Part shown: positions 36,637 to 48,505 of the stretch, in pieces
How the letters are laid out: the number at the start of each line of letters is the position of its first letter
How positions within the stretch are numbered: the first letter of the stretch is position 1
Source of the DNA: Scyliorhinus canicula
Lineage: Eukaryota
Assembly (NCBI RefSeq): GCF_902713615.1
Contig: NC_052147.1
Span: 113,859,359-113,923,358 of the forward strand
Reading direction: 5' to 3'
Length of the DNA stretch: 64,000 bases
Made by a program: the position numbers and the translations under genes
The notes under the pieces: model-generated
Databases searched by the model: none
Seen by the model: only the letters and a program-made list of their open reading frames with translations
Told to the model about the DNA's origin: nothing

Positions 36637-37552
36637 TGATGCAAACTTGTGGATGCAACATTTCAAGTGCTGAGGAATAATATCAAATAAGGAGAGCCAG
36701 GACAATATTCTGGGTTCTTTGCCCCATTTCCATTCTGTCCATTGGCCAGTGGAGAAAATGTTCTCAATGATCATTGCTTCCACATAAGCCTGTTTAAAGT
36801 TTCAAATGTGACCTGTTCCCAAAGTTGTGCTTTGTCACCTGGCTTGAGGCTGCAGGGAAAAACAAAATGCTCACCGCAGTTGGAGCTCACTGAGCCTGTG
36901 ATTGTCTTTCTTCCAGGCTGTGAAACGTTGTTTTACTTGCATTGCCCGATAGAAATATTCACTTAATTCAATTAATTGCCAAGGGAAGAATCTGCATTTT
37001 CTAATTAGTCCACATCTACATGCAGGATGGACTCCTCTGGGTGGAAAGTGCTGTGAGGCATTTTGTGTTGATCCACTTAATGATGGAGACAGATCAGTTA
37101 CCCAAAAGAATTAGAGAATTAATACACTAATAGTCCCATAAAAGTTGTATTATTGGTTTCTCTGGTCTTTTGTTATGCACGTTGGTCTCAATTAAAAGAT
37201 TAAAATCCCCCCCCCCCCCCCCCCCGATTGATGTCCTTTCCTTGTTTAGAAAGTTATTCTAATGAGCTAGTTACAGATGCCAAACAGCTGAATTGTTCTG
37301 AATGTTGACAAGTAGATTTCTGCTGAAAGGTCATTGCAGTTTACTTTTAATCTAACTAATAATTAAGTGGGACTTGGATTCTCACCTTTGTGATGCCTTA
37401 ATCACCGATTGTAGGGGTCAGTTATCTCTGTTGGTTGGATGGCTGGTTTGTGGTGTGGAGTGAAACCAACAGTGTGGGATTCAATTCCAGAACCGGCTGA
37501 GGTTATTCATGAAGGATCCACCTTGCCCATTGCCTGCGATGTGGTGACCCTG

Positions 37553-37830
37553 ATAATACTTATTTGTGTCACAAGTAGGCTTGCATTAACACTGCAATGA
37601 AGTTACTGTGGAAATCCCCTCATCGCCACACTCCGGCGCCTGTTCGGGTACAAAGAGGGAGAATTCAGAATGTTCAATTCACCTAACAAGCACGTCTTTC
37701 AGGACTTATGGGAGGAAACCCACACAGACACTGGGAGACCGTGCAGATTTTGCACCGATAGTGACCCAAGATGGGAATCGAACCTGGGTCCCTGGCGCTG
37801 TGAAGCAACAGTGCTAACCACTGTGCTACC
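37553..37830 (-). mobile_element. V-SINE with HE1-like head and stem-loop tail
   Basis: Homologous to 60597-60885. Confidence 0.85.
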
Positions 37831-38385
37831 TCAAAGTGGAGAACAATATATGATTCTCGGGGACTATGGCGACATTTACATTTAATTATGTATTAGGAGC
37901 CTCCAGAGGAATTGACATAGTGATGAGCAAAATGTGCTCTCTATTGAGGGTGGGTTTGGGCGGTCATAATGCTTGAAGACTGTATGGAACAAACCTCATG
38001 GAGCTGCTGATCCTTTCCTGACATTTACACATGTTCATAATGGAAACATCCTCAAATAGTGTTGGGAATGGGACTTTAATATTCTGGCTTAAGAATGGAG
38101 GATAATATTGATCAAAGATATTGGACAGAATCTTCTACCCTTTCTACTGCCGTGTTTGAAGGTCTGGAGGGAATTTAATCATTTGGCGGGGTGACAGGTG
38201 AGCATCCCACTACTACCTGTCTCCACCATATGAAGGCCCATGGTCGGCCTTCCTGTCCAACCGCTGATCAAAACCCTATAGTGAACAATTAGTGACAACT
38301 TAAGGGCCTCATCCCACACTGCTGGTATGAACCCAGCTGTGGATGAGCCTGTCGCCACACTGAGAGCACAACAAATGAACCGGTG

Positions 38386-38677
38386 TGTTACGTTCTAGTG
38401 CGTTGAGTCAGTGCACCAAAGAACGTGTAGTTTGTGACTAGATAATATTTATTAAATTACAATAACGTGGGTAGAAAACAATACTAACACTACTAACGAA
38501 CTGTAAACTGCGAGGGTTTCCTCCCACAAGTTAACAATAGAGTACGAGAGCTAATACAAAACACGACTATCCATGACGCCTTCTCACCCAGATTCCCCGA
38601 GTTTGCAGTTCTATTGCCACCGGCTGGTTGGATGTCTAACATATTAACATACAGAATTTCTTACGCATATCATTACA
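38386..38677 (-). mobile_element. Solo LTR
   Basis: TGTTA...TTACA ends, 5-bp flanks CGGTG / CTGTG, AATAAA on minus strand. Confidence 0.65.
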
Positions 38678-38699
38678 CTGTGTGGGCTGGTTAGGAGGG

Positions 38700-38870
38700 A
38701 ACATAGGAACAGAATGTAGGCCATCAGCCCATCGAGCCTGTTCTGAATTAGATCATGGCTGATCATCTACTTCAGTTCCATTTTCCCGCACTATCCGCAT
38801 GTCCTTTGATGTGATTCGTGTCCAGAAATCTAGTAATTTTCATCTTGATCATCCTCGATGATGGAGCTTC
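38700..38870 (-). mobile_element. CR1/HER1 3'-end fragment
   Basis: Reverse complement of CR1 tail; similar fragments at 39750-40036(+), 40572-40760(-), 42555-42937(+), 56455-56775(+), 59684-59905(+). Confidence 0.75.
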
Positions 38871-38999
38871 CATCTTTTGTCTAATTGTGGCGGTGATGGC
38901 CCCTCATTTAAAGGTACTTAGTGCCTGATCAAAGTACCTGGCATTAGGAAGGGAGGGGGGTTCTGCTGAGAGCCATGCCCCTAGCCTTGCTTCCGAAGT

Positions 39000-39750
39000 C
39001 TTCCTTGGAAACTGGCAATTTTTGACATCATGGTCTTTTGGTTATCACTGAATAATCTTGGTCTTTTGCCACAAAGACTGCACCAACTAATTCTGTTTGG
39101 AGTCAGGGTTTGATTTGGCATACTAAAGTGTGTATTAACCCATTTCATTTCCAGTGATGACGCCACCATTCCGCTGATTTTTGAGGACACATTCAGGTAC
39201 ATGTTTCTCAAGATCAACCCAATGACTGCTCCCTGTTCTTGTTTCGTCTTAGGAATCTTCTTCAGGGTGAATTCTTCCACCTTCCAGTCTTGCACCAGTT
39301 TTTCAAGAGCATCGAATTCTCTCACTGCACCACAGTTACATGACGCGTTACGCAACTGTCACAATGTTTAGCTTGAAAACCAGCTTCGTACTTCGTTCTT
39401 TTCTGCTGGAGGACCCATTTCTGTTCGTCATTCGCTTTGTGTGCTCTGCACTGCGTGGGCATGCTTTAAACTCTGACGCAACATCATGGTAACAAAGTCC
39501 ACATCGTTTGCTTGAGCCAATGTGATGATTCATAAATTGAGCGTGATCCTAATAATGTGTTTCTGAATTGAAAAGTTAAGGTCCCTAATGCAAGTATAGT
39601 CCTAAACATGCATTTGTTGTCTGACAAATAAGGAGCTGGGGGGGGGGGGGCTTGTGATTACTCATACACTGAGTCGTTGCCTAAACATGAAATTTGGTGT
39701 TGGAAAATTGGGGTCAAATTGTATGTCAGATTGACTTATACACCATATTA
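39000..39750 (-). mobile_element. pogo-family DNA transposon fossil (N-terminal DNA-binding region)
   Basis: Across frameshifts: KRTKYEAG.FKLNIVTVA..NCGAVREFDALEKLVQDWK..HWVDLEKHV, resembling Brinker-type HTH plus CENP-B HTH. Confidence 0.7.
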
Positions 39751-41437
39751 AGGAGTAGCAACGGCAGAAGGGTTGGTAACCAGAAAAGACAAATTTAAGC
39801 CAATTGACACAGAGTTGGCAGCAAAATTAAACAACAGTGAGTTGCTGTGATCTGGAATACACTGCCTGAAAAGGTGCAGGAAGCAGATTCTGTAACGAGA
39901 GTCAAAAGAAAATTGGAGAAAGACTTGAAGTTGAAAATATTTAGAGCTATGGGGAAAGATCAGGGAAGTGGGATTAGTCTGCCAAAGGACTGGCACAACC
40001 ACAGTGGGCCAAATGGTCTCCTCAGTGCTCTGATTCTACCATCAGTTTGTGTCTGCCTGCATTTGGAGTATGAAACACCCAGGAAAGCAGCAGTACTTTA
40101 TTTGATCTTCAGTTCTCTGCCCGTAGGAAGGTCCTTGGCAATTAACCGCATCAGCACAGCAAAGTGCTGTGATTTTCTTTAATATGGGTAGAGTGAGGAG
40201 GCAGGCCCCGAGTCTACCTCAGCAAGAGCAGGGATTAAACCCTGTGCCATTGGTGTGAAACAAATCCACATACCGGCTGTCCAACCAACCAGGCCCCCTG
40301 GATAGCAATATTATTATTAATCTTTACACCAGTAAATACTGACTAGTCATGCCATTAGTTCCAGAACAAGAGTTACGCTGTTAATGTATTCATTTTAGTG
40401 TTGTGAGGGGCCTTTGGGAAATAGATTTGTATTTTGTTGGAAACTGGTTTATTTATTTCATGTAAAACAAACTTATTGGTTTAACATTAGCTTTGTTTCA
40501 ATAGAGACCATTTCTACTTTACTTTCCAGCAACAGAATAACTCAACGTAGGACAGGTGCATGCTCCCAGGATAACACAGGAAACAGGAGTCCCTCGAGCC
40601 ACCTCTGCCATTCAACTAGATCATTGCTGATCTAGACATTTTCCCGCACTATTGTCTGTGTCCCTTGATAGCTTTGATGTCTAGAAATCTACCGATCTCT
40701 GTCTTAAACGTACTCAATGACTGAGCCTCCACTGCCCTCTGGGATAGAGAATTCCAAAAAGCGAAATAGACCCATCTATTCAGATGTCAGTGGTTCACGA
40801 TCCAATGTCGCCATGAGTGGTACAATCTTCTATCGATATTTCTTTCAGTATGTCTACAGGTCTCGGCTTGTATTCCTGCCGGAAATCTGTTTTACTGAAG
40901 ATTCATCTTTCCAACCAAATGAAATGCTCTTTTGTAAGGCTACACCCGTGGGGAAGCTCAGTCAGATTTAAACTGTTGTTTTAAAGTCTATGTTCGGAGA
41001 TTGCGTCTTTACTGTTTATATGTTGAGCAGAATAATAAAACTTATTATTATGAACATGTAATTTCATACGTTTTAGGAATATGGCTTTTAGATTGGGGAT
41101 CGTCATTTTTTGAACACAAGATGAATAAAAGCACTGGGTTTGAGAAACTGGTGAACAGCCCTAAAATAATTACAATTTGAACAATGGTTCATCCTGAAGG
41201 AGTTAGAGTTGTGAAGACAATAAACCACAGGTGGTTCTCTCTTAACTTTGGAATGAAGTCAGAAAGTCTGATAAGATTGAAGTTGTCTCCATGAGACATT
41301 TACATTATTCATGCAATTTCCCTAAATCAAAGAAGTGTTTAAAAACGACTGGTAAACAAGGGAAGGTCTTTAAGTATCCATATACTTGCAGATCAAAGGA
41401 AGGGTCTGGAGAGTTGGAGATAGTTTAAATTTCTGTC

Positions 41438-41983
41438 GGGCGACATGGTGGTCCAGTGGTTAGCACTGCTGCTTCATGGTGCGAAGGACCCGGGTTTGAT
41501 CCCAGCCCTGCGTCATTGTCCGTGTGGAACATAGAACATACAGTACAGAAGGAGGTCATTCGGCCCATCGAGTCTGCACCGACTCACTTAAGCCCTCACG
41601 TCCACCCTATGCCCTAATCCAATAGCCCCTCCTAACCATTTTGGACATCTAAGGGCAATTTAGCACGGCCAATTCACCTAACCTGCACATCTTTGGACTG
41701 TGGGAGGAAACCTGAGCACCCGGAGGAAACCCACGCAGTCACGGGGAGAACGTGCAGACTCCGCACAGACAGTGACCCAGGCCGGGAATTGAACCTGGGA
41801 CCCTGGAGCTGTGAAGCTATATCCATTTGTGCTACTGTGCTGCCCCTGGAGTTTACACATTCTCCCATGTCTGCGTGGGTCTCACCCAACAACCCAAAGA
41901 TGTGCAGGGTAGGTAAATTTGCCACACTAAATTGCCCCTAAATCGGGAAAAAAAGAATCGGGTACTCTAAATTTACAATAAAA
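41438..41983 (+). mobile_element. A-tailed V-SINE with nested inverted HE1 (41529-41846)
   Basis: Outer TSD TAAAT(T)TCTGTC (41426-41437, 41984-41994); inner copy flanked by TGGA. Confidence 0.88.
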
Positions 41984-43138
41984 TAAATTCTGTCTGGAAT
42001 ATCCCAGGAATGTCGCATTCTTATGGCAATACGTTATGCAGGGACCTATCCTTTTTGTATGGATTTATTTCTGCAATTTCTCACAGACAGTTGAAGTCAG
42101 CCTGGAAACAACTTTGAGGGAAGCACAGTGGGAATCTGTGCAATGACCAGTGGCAAAGTGCTTTCAGAAAGCTAGGGCGTGCAGTGCGAGCCATGATCGA
42201 ACTGAGGAGTCTGCATTCATGAGATGATTAAAGGGGTTGAAGGGTCATCTAGATTGATGCTGTTGGAAAGACCCCAAGAAATTCCATACTCCAGAGAATA
42301 GTGGGAACACTGAGGTGAATCAAAGTGAAGTCCTGAGAACTATAGCAGACTTTGGTTTCGTCCCATGAGATGTGAAGTAACCTTGAAAATCCTGGGAAAT
42401 ATAGCGGAATTCTTGGGTAGGAATAAAAATAGAATAGAAAGTGGCAATTTTCAGGTTTAAAGTATAAGTATTTACAAAATATAATGATAAGTTAGTTGTA
42501 CTTGATTTGTTTAACTTTTGTATAGTAAAGATATTGGTTTTAAATGTGAAATATTATGGGGTAATACTTTCATAGCAGGACTGACATATGAGGAGAGGTT
42601 GAGCCAGTTAGCATTGTGTTCATTGGAGTTCAGAAGAATGAGAGGGTATCTCATGGAATCGTACAAAATTCTAACAGGACTAGACAGGGTAGATGCAAGA
42701 AGGGTGTTCCAGATAGTGTGAGTGTCCACCATGGGCCACAGTCTGAGGACATGGGGGAGATCGTATGTTTTCAAGAGGTAGTTAGATATAGCACTTGAGG
42801 CAAAGGAGATGAATGAATATGGGGGAAGGTGGGATTAGGCTATTGAGTTGAATGATCAGCATAATTATAATGAATGGCGGAGTAGGCTCGAAGGGCCAAA
42901 TGGTCTCCTCCTGCTCATATTTTCTATATTTCTATGTATAACTGGGGGTTCGGATTTCTTTTTAAAAGCTACTGGTGTCCATCAAATCATAACAGTATTC
43001 ATTGTGCGCACATTGGCCATTTACTTACTTTATTTACGTAAAGGCATTTGTTGGATTAAGGCCTGTGTCTTAGTCTGATACCGCATATTTAATTCACCTT
43101 TTCCAAGCATGATATTGTTTGGCAGCTGATGATATATT

Positions 43139-43447
43139 GGGTGGCCCAGTGGCAGAGTGGTTTGCACCGCTGCCTCTCAACACCAGGAATTCTGGCCATG
43201 GGTGACTGCCTGTGTGGAGTTTGAACGGTCTCCCTGTGTCTGCGTGGGTTTCCTCCGGGTGCTCTGGTTTCTTCCCATTGTTCAAAAATGTGCAGGTTAG
43301 GTGGATTGGCCATGATAAATTTCCCCCATAGTGCAGGATGGGTGGGGCTGCAGGGATGGGTGGGGGAGTGGGTCTGGATGGGGTCCTCTTTTGGAGGGTC
43401 AGTTCAGGCTCAATTGGCCGATTGGTTTCCTGCACTGTAGGGATTCT
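43139..43447 (+). mobile_element. HE1-type V-SINE
   Basis: Head, central domain, CR1-type tail. Confidence 0.85.
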
Positions 43448-44179
43448 AGGCTTCCTGTGTCCAGTATACAGCTTCTCTGCTATGTTCGTCATTGTCATTT
43501 ACCTGGATATTAGGCAAAAAAGATGCGCTCCAAATGAGAAGGTACATGAGACCAACCCACAGGAGTGGCTGATGCTGATGGTGCTGAGAAAATATATTGT
43601 GTTAAAAATGTGCTGGGCTACTTCTGTAATTCTTGTTCTTTCGTTGCTGATTTACTGCAAATGGCACGTACGAACTTTCACTGAAGAAAGCTTATTTTTT
43701 AAAAAAGACAAAATGTTACAGTGGTGCTTGATGTGAACGAATCAACAAATAGTGGTGGAAAAGGAGCAGAAATGAAGCTTGACATTTAAATTAGTAATAG
43801 AATGTGGTTATGCCCTTTGCTTGGAATGACGGAGCGCCAAAGGGCACGTTTGTATTTGCTGAAATGGATGAGGAAAAATTACATTTCCACCAAGCAAGGC
43901 CCAATTACGGCACAGCACTGCAAACATTCCGACTGATTCGGAGTGTGGATTTGTGAGGCCGACTTGTGTAATTTGCAGATCTGGCTTAATTAGTAACGGC
44001 TGCAAGAGAGGATGCGTCCAAGAACTTGCTCCTTTCTGAAACAAGGAGCAAGTGACAGTGTTGATTTTTATTGTTGTAGTTTCAGCCCAGGAGTGAGACT
44101 TTGGTATTGTTACAATGCCCCATGCACAGTTGTGATCAGCAGGCTGACATGGCTCAATTATAATTTCTTTTTCTTTTAC

Positions 44180-45090
44180 TTTTCATGGGATGTTGGCGTC
44201 TCTGGCAAGGTCACAATTTGTTGCCCTTGAACAGGGTGGTTTAATAATAATAATCACTTATTGTCACAAGTAGGCTTCAATGAAGTTACTGTGAAAAGCC
44301 CCTAGTTGCCACATTTCGGCGCCTGTTCAGGGAGGCTAGAACAGGAATTGAACCCGCGCTGCTGGTCTTATTCTGCATTACAAGCCAGCTGTCTTAGCCC
44401 ACTGTGCTAAAGGTCAGTTAAGAGTTAACCGCTAGAATCACATGTAGGCTAGACTTGGTAAGTCCAGTGATATGTGTGTAGGTATACCAGTGAAGAGTTA
44501 ATTATTACATCTCCGTGTAATTCAAACATTAGAGGGCACCACTAGTTCCCAGTATAAATATCAGAGTTCAGGGAATCTTGGGTAGTTCAGTGTTAGCAGA
44601 GGAATTGATCACAGGTCCAGGAATAGTTTCGGTAAGCGAAAGAAGTAGCACAAGTACGTCATCAGTTAATATTAGATTATAGCTTACTGTATTAATAGTT
44701 ATAGCTCCGTAGCGTGTGCAAACTCTATTTTATTTAATCGTTATTCAATAAGTTAATTTTGCTTCAATCTTAAGATTTCTGGTTTCTTTATCATCCACTC
44801 ATCAAACCATTCTGGATCTCAAAACAAAGAATAACGACATATTACATCAAAGTGTAATATAGCAGTAAGGATAGCAGATTTCCTTCCCTGAAGGATGTTC
44901 GTGAACCAGATGGGTTTTTAACAACAATTGATGCGAGTTGACATGATCACACTATTACTAGTACAACTTTCAATTCCAGATTTTTAAAATTTAATTTAAA
45001 TTCCACCAGCGCCTTGGTGGGATTTGAACCCGTGTCCCCCTTGTTTTAGCCTGGGCCTCTGGATTGCCAATTCAGCGATATTACCACTTC
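44180..45090 (-). mobile_element. Older tRNA-head SINE hosting a SINE (44241-44410) and a solo LTR
   Basis: B-box complement GGGATTTGAACCC at about 45020-45032; tail similar to the LINE end at 8066. Confidence 0.6.
44463..44864 (+). mobile_element. Solo LTR
   Basis: 5-bp TSD GTAAG (44458-44462, 44865-44869), TATAAAT, CA end; 5' end is TC rather than TG. Confidence 0.65.
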
Positions 45091-45163
45091 AACACCATCT
45101 CCCTTGGTTAGAAACTATAATACTGACAGGTATGGCGTCCTCGGAGTTTGGTGTTTCAGAATA

Positions 45164-45400
45164 ATTTAAAACATTTTTTAAAAATAAATTTAGAGTGCCC
45201 AATTCAATTTTCCAATTAAGGGGCAATTTAGCGTGGCCAGTCCACCTAGCCTGCACATCTTTGGGTTGTGGGGGTAAAACCCACGCAAACACGGGGAGAA
45301 TGTGCAAACTCCACACAGACAGTGACCCAGGGCCGGGATTTGAACCCGGGTCCTCAGCGCCGTAGGCAGCAATGCTAACCACTGTGCCACCGTGCTGCCC
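45164..45400 (-). mobile_element. A-tailed V-SINE
   Basis: 15-bp TSD TGGTGTTTCAGAATA (45149-45163, 45401-45415). Confidence 0.92.
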
Positions 45401-46019
45401 TGGTGTTTCAGAATAGACCTCTGAAATAGCATTTGGCTGGGAACCAAAATAGCTCATGTCTTGCAGGAACCCGGAAATTGTGAACAAGAATCACATGGGA
45501 GACTTGACTGTTATTACACAAAGTATGCTGAGTAATCAGCGGGTGGAGTAGATGATTAGGTTGGTGGAGCAGTACACATTTAGTTCTTCTGTTGAACAGC
45601 AGATATTCTGTTTTCATACTGAGATCTATGCCAGTGAGACTGATATTACAGGATTGGACAGATGGGCTGGGTGCGAAGGTTAAGAACAACTGGGGCAACC
45701 AAATCTCACTCAGAAGCCTTACCCAAAATCACAGCGATTCCAAAGATGTTCTGACTTTGAATCAAACCATCATGGACATGTTGTTAGGATTCTTTCAGTA
45801 AGAGGTCAGTGAGGGGCAATGGTAATATTGTTTTTTTTTGAAGTGCTGTACGTGCCAAGACTTAGGGGACAGGTTGCAAACTAAGCTCAATTGAGTGAGG
45901 CTGATTCCTGCCAAAGGCTACCCAAAAGTGGTGGTGAGTAATTTGACTGATTATGTAGCACTGGCAACTTAACTGACTGTGTGCCAATTTGTGCTGATGA
46001 ATTTCACATCCAATGTTCA

Positions 46020-48005
46020 GACATTGGAGCAGGAGTAGGCCATTCAGCCCCTCGCGCCTATCCCGCCATTCAATGAGATCATGGCTGATCTGTGACCTAA
46101 CTCCATACACCTGCCTTTGGCTCATATCCCTTAATATCTTTGCTTAACAAAAATCTATCTACTTAGATTTAAAATTAACAACTGATCTGGCTTCAATTGC
46201 TGTTTATGGGAGAGAGTTCCAAACCTCTATCTCCCTTTGAATGAAGAGGTTCATCCTAATATTTCTCCTGAATGGTTTATCCCTCATTTTTACACTATGC
46301 CCCCGATTTAGAATCTCAAACCAGTGGAAATAGTTTATCTTTATCTACCTTGTCTTTCCTTGTTAATATCTCAAATACTTTGATCAGATCACCCCATAAC
46401 CTTCTAAATTCTAGTGAACACATGTCTAATTTGAGTAATCGTAGAGTTGGGCGGCATGGTGTCAGAGTGGTTAGCACTGCTGTTTCACAGCGCCAGGTAC
46501 CTGGTGTTATGGGCCAAGGTTTAGAGAACCCCAAAGTGTATCATGGAGTTCACCTGACCCACAACTTTTAATAGATTGTGGTATGTGGAGCACACGGCCC
46601 ACTCTACAGGTGTGGTACAGCAGAAATGGAAAAGTATTTTTTAAAGCAAAATAATGTTTATTCTATGAACTCAAGCTAACCTTTAAAACATGCAGTGAAC
46701 ATCTTAGCAACCATCAATTCAAATACAACGCCCAAAGACGACAACACTAACTAATCCTTTAAGTTTTCCTTTTGAAAAATGAAAATCGCTTATTGTCACA
46801 AGTAGGCTTCAAATGAAGTTACTGTGAAAAGCCCCTAGTCGCCACATTCCGGCGCCTGTTCGGGGAGGCTGTTACGGGAATCGAACCGTGCTGCTGGCTT
46901 GCCGTGGTCTGCTTTCAAAGCCAGCGATTAGCCCTGTGAGCTAAACAGCTAACGTCCGTAAGACTTAAAAACACCTTTGTGCAGAAAGGCATCAAGCTTA
47001 CATTCACTACTGAGAACATTTATAATTCTGAATTCACCAAATGGTCAAGAGATAGTCTTTTCATGGCAGAGAGATGAACAGTCCACCTGCTCTGTCTGGC
47101 TTCAGCTCCAACACTGAAAGCGAAACTAAAACACACCCTGCAGCAAACAGCCTAAATCGAATGTAAAAAGCTGACAGACAGCCCAGCTCCACCCACTCTG
47201 ACATCACTGCAGTAATAAACACCCATTACTTAAAAGTACTCTCACTACAGATACTTATATACACACCCATTTATAAATACGCATTTCTTAAAGGTACTCT
47301 CACATGACACCGGGTTCAACTCCGATCTTGGGTCTCTGTCTGTGTGGAGTTTATACGTTCTCCCCATGTCTGCATGGGTTTCCTCCGGGTACGCTGGTTT
47401 CCCACCACAGTCCAAAGATGTACGGGGTAGGTGGATTGACCATGCTAAATTGCCCCTTAAGTGTCCAGGAATGTGTAGGTTAGGTAATGGGGTTCAGGGA
47501 TAGGGCAGGGTATGGTGGGTGGTCATGGGTGGAGTGCTTATTTGAAGGGTCGGTGCAGGCTCAATGGGCCGAATGGCCTCCTTCTGCATTGTAGGGATTC
47601 TATAAATTGCCCCTCCTAACTCGACCCCTATAATCGAGGTACAGTTTTTCTAAACCTACGTTGCTCTCCCTCCAAGGCTAAAACAAACTCCGAAAGCCCA
47701 GAACTGCTCACAGTACTCCAATTGGGGTCTAACCAGGGTTTTGTATAGCCACAGCATAACCCCTGTGTCTTTACATTCCAGTCCTCTAGATATAAAACCA
47801 TGAACATTTTTGATTGTTTTTTGCACTTGTTCCTGGCATTTTAAGGACGTATGTACCTAAATCACCAAGTCTCTTTGGGCATCCACTGTACCTCGCCTCT
47901 TTCCATTTAGAAAGTACCCTGCTCTATCCTTTGTTGGTCCAAAATGGATAACCTCACATTTTCTTACATTAAATTCTATCTGCCATAATTTTCCCCATTC
48001 ACCTG
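46020..48005 (-). mobile_element. CR1/HER1 3' fragment hosting HE1 (46449-47605)
   Basis: SLEFRRLWGDLIKVFEIL in ORF 46316-46534; CR1 resumes at 47606. Confidence 0.85.
46505..47309 (-). mobile_element. Solo LTR inside HE1, itself hosting a SINE (46773-46950)
   Basis: TGTTATG...CATGACA ends, 4-bp TSD C(T/C)GG. Confidence 0.85.
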
Positions 48006-48282
48006 TTTCGACATTTTGAACAGGCCTCAGCAAGCTTTCCTTTACTCAGTGGAGAAGCAAAATAAATGCCATAATTTTGAGGATTTTGATGCAATATTCA
48101 CTGTGATTTTCAAAATGGCTGATATGAAATGTTGGCAATTAACAGTCCAAATCAAAGGTGGCATTTGGTTTCATCCTTTTGTTGACAAGCGTTTCTTCAA
48201 GCTCTTAAGTTCTTCTGTATATTTTCCAACTTCCTTCGTTTTGTTTCACCACCTCCATGAAACTCTCCTGGCATCACTTCTT

Positions 48283-48505
48283 TTTTTTTAAAATTTAGAT
48301 TACCCAATTATTTTTTCTAATTAAGGGGCAATTTAGCGTGGTCAATCTACCTACTCTGCACATTTTTGGGTTGTGGGGGCGAAACCCACGCAGAGACGGG
48401 GAGAATGTGCAAACTCCATACGGACAGTGACCCAGAGCCGGGATCGAACCTGGGCCCTCAGTGCCGTGAGGCGGTTGTGCTAACCACTAGGCCACCGTGC
48501 TGCCC
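48283..48505 (-). mobile_element. A-tailed V-SINE
   Basis: 16-bp TSD CCTGGCATCACTTCTT (48267-48282, 48506-48521). Confidence 0.92.

Noticed and set aside
44024-44053. 11-bp perfect hairpin ACTTGCTCCTT / AAGGAGCAAGT
   Set aside because: Too short for a pre-miRNA and plausible by chance in 64 kb.
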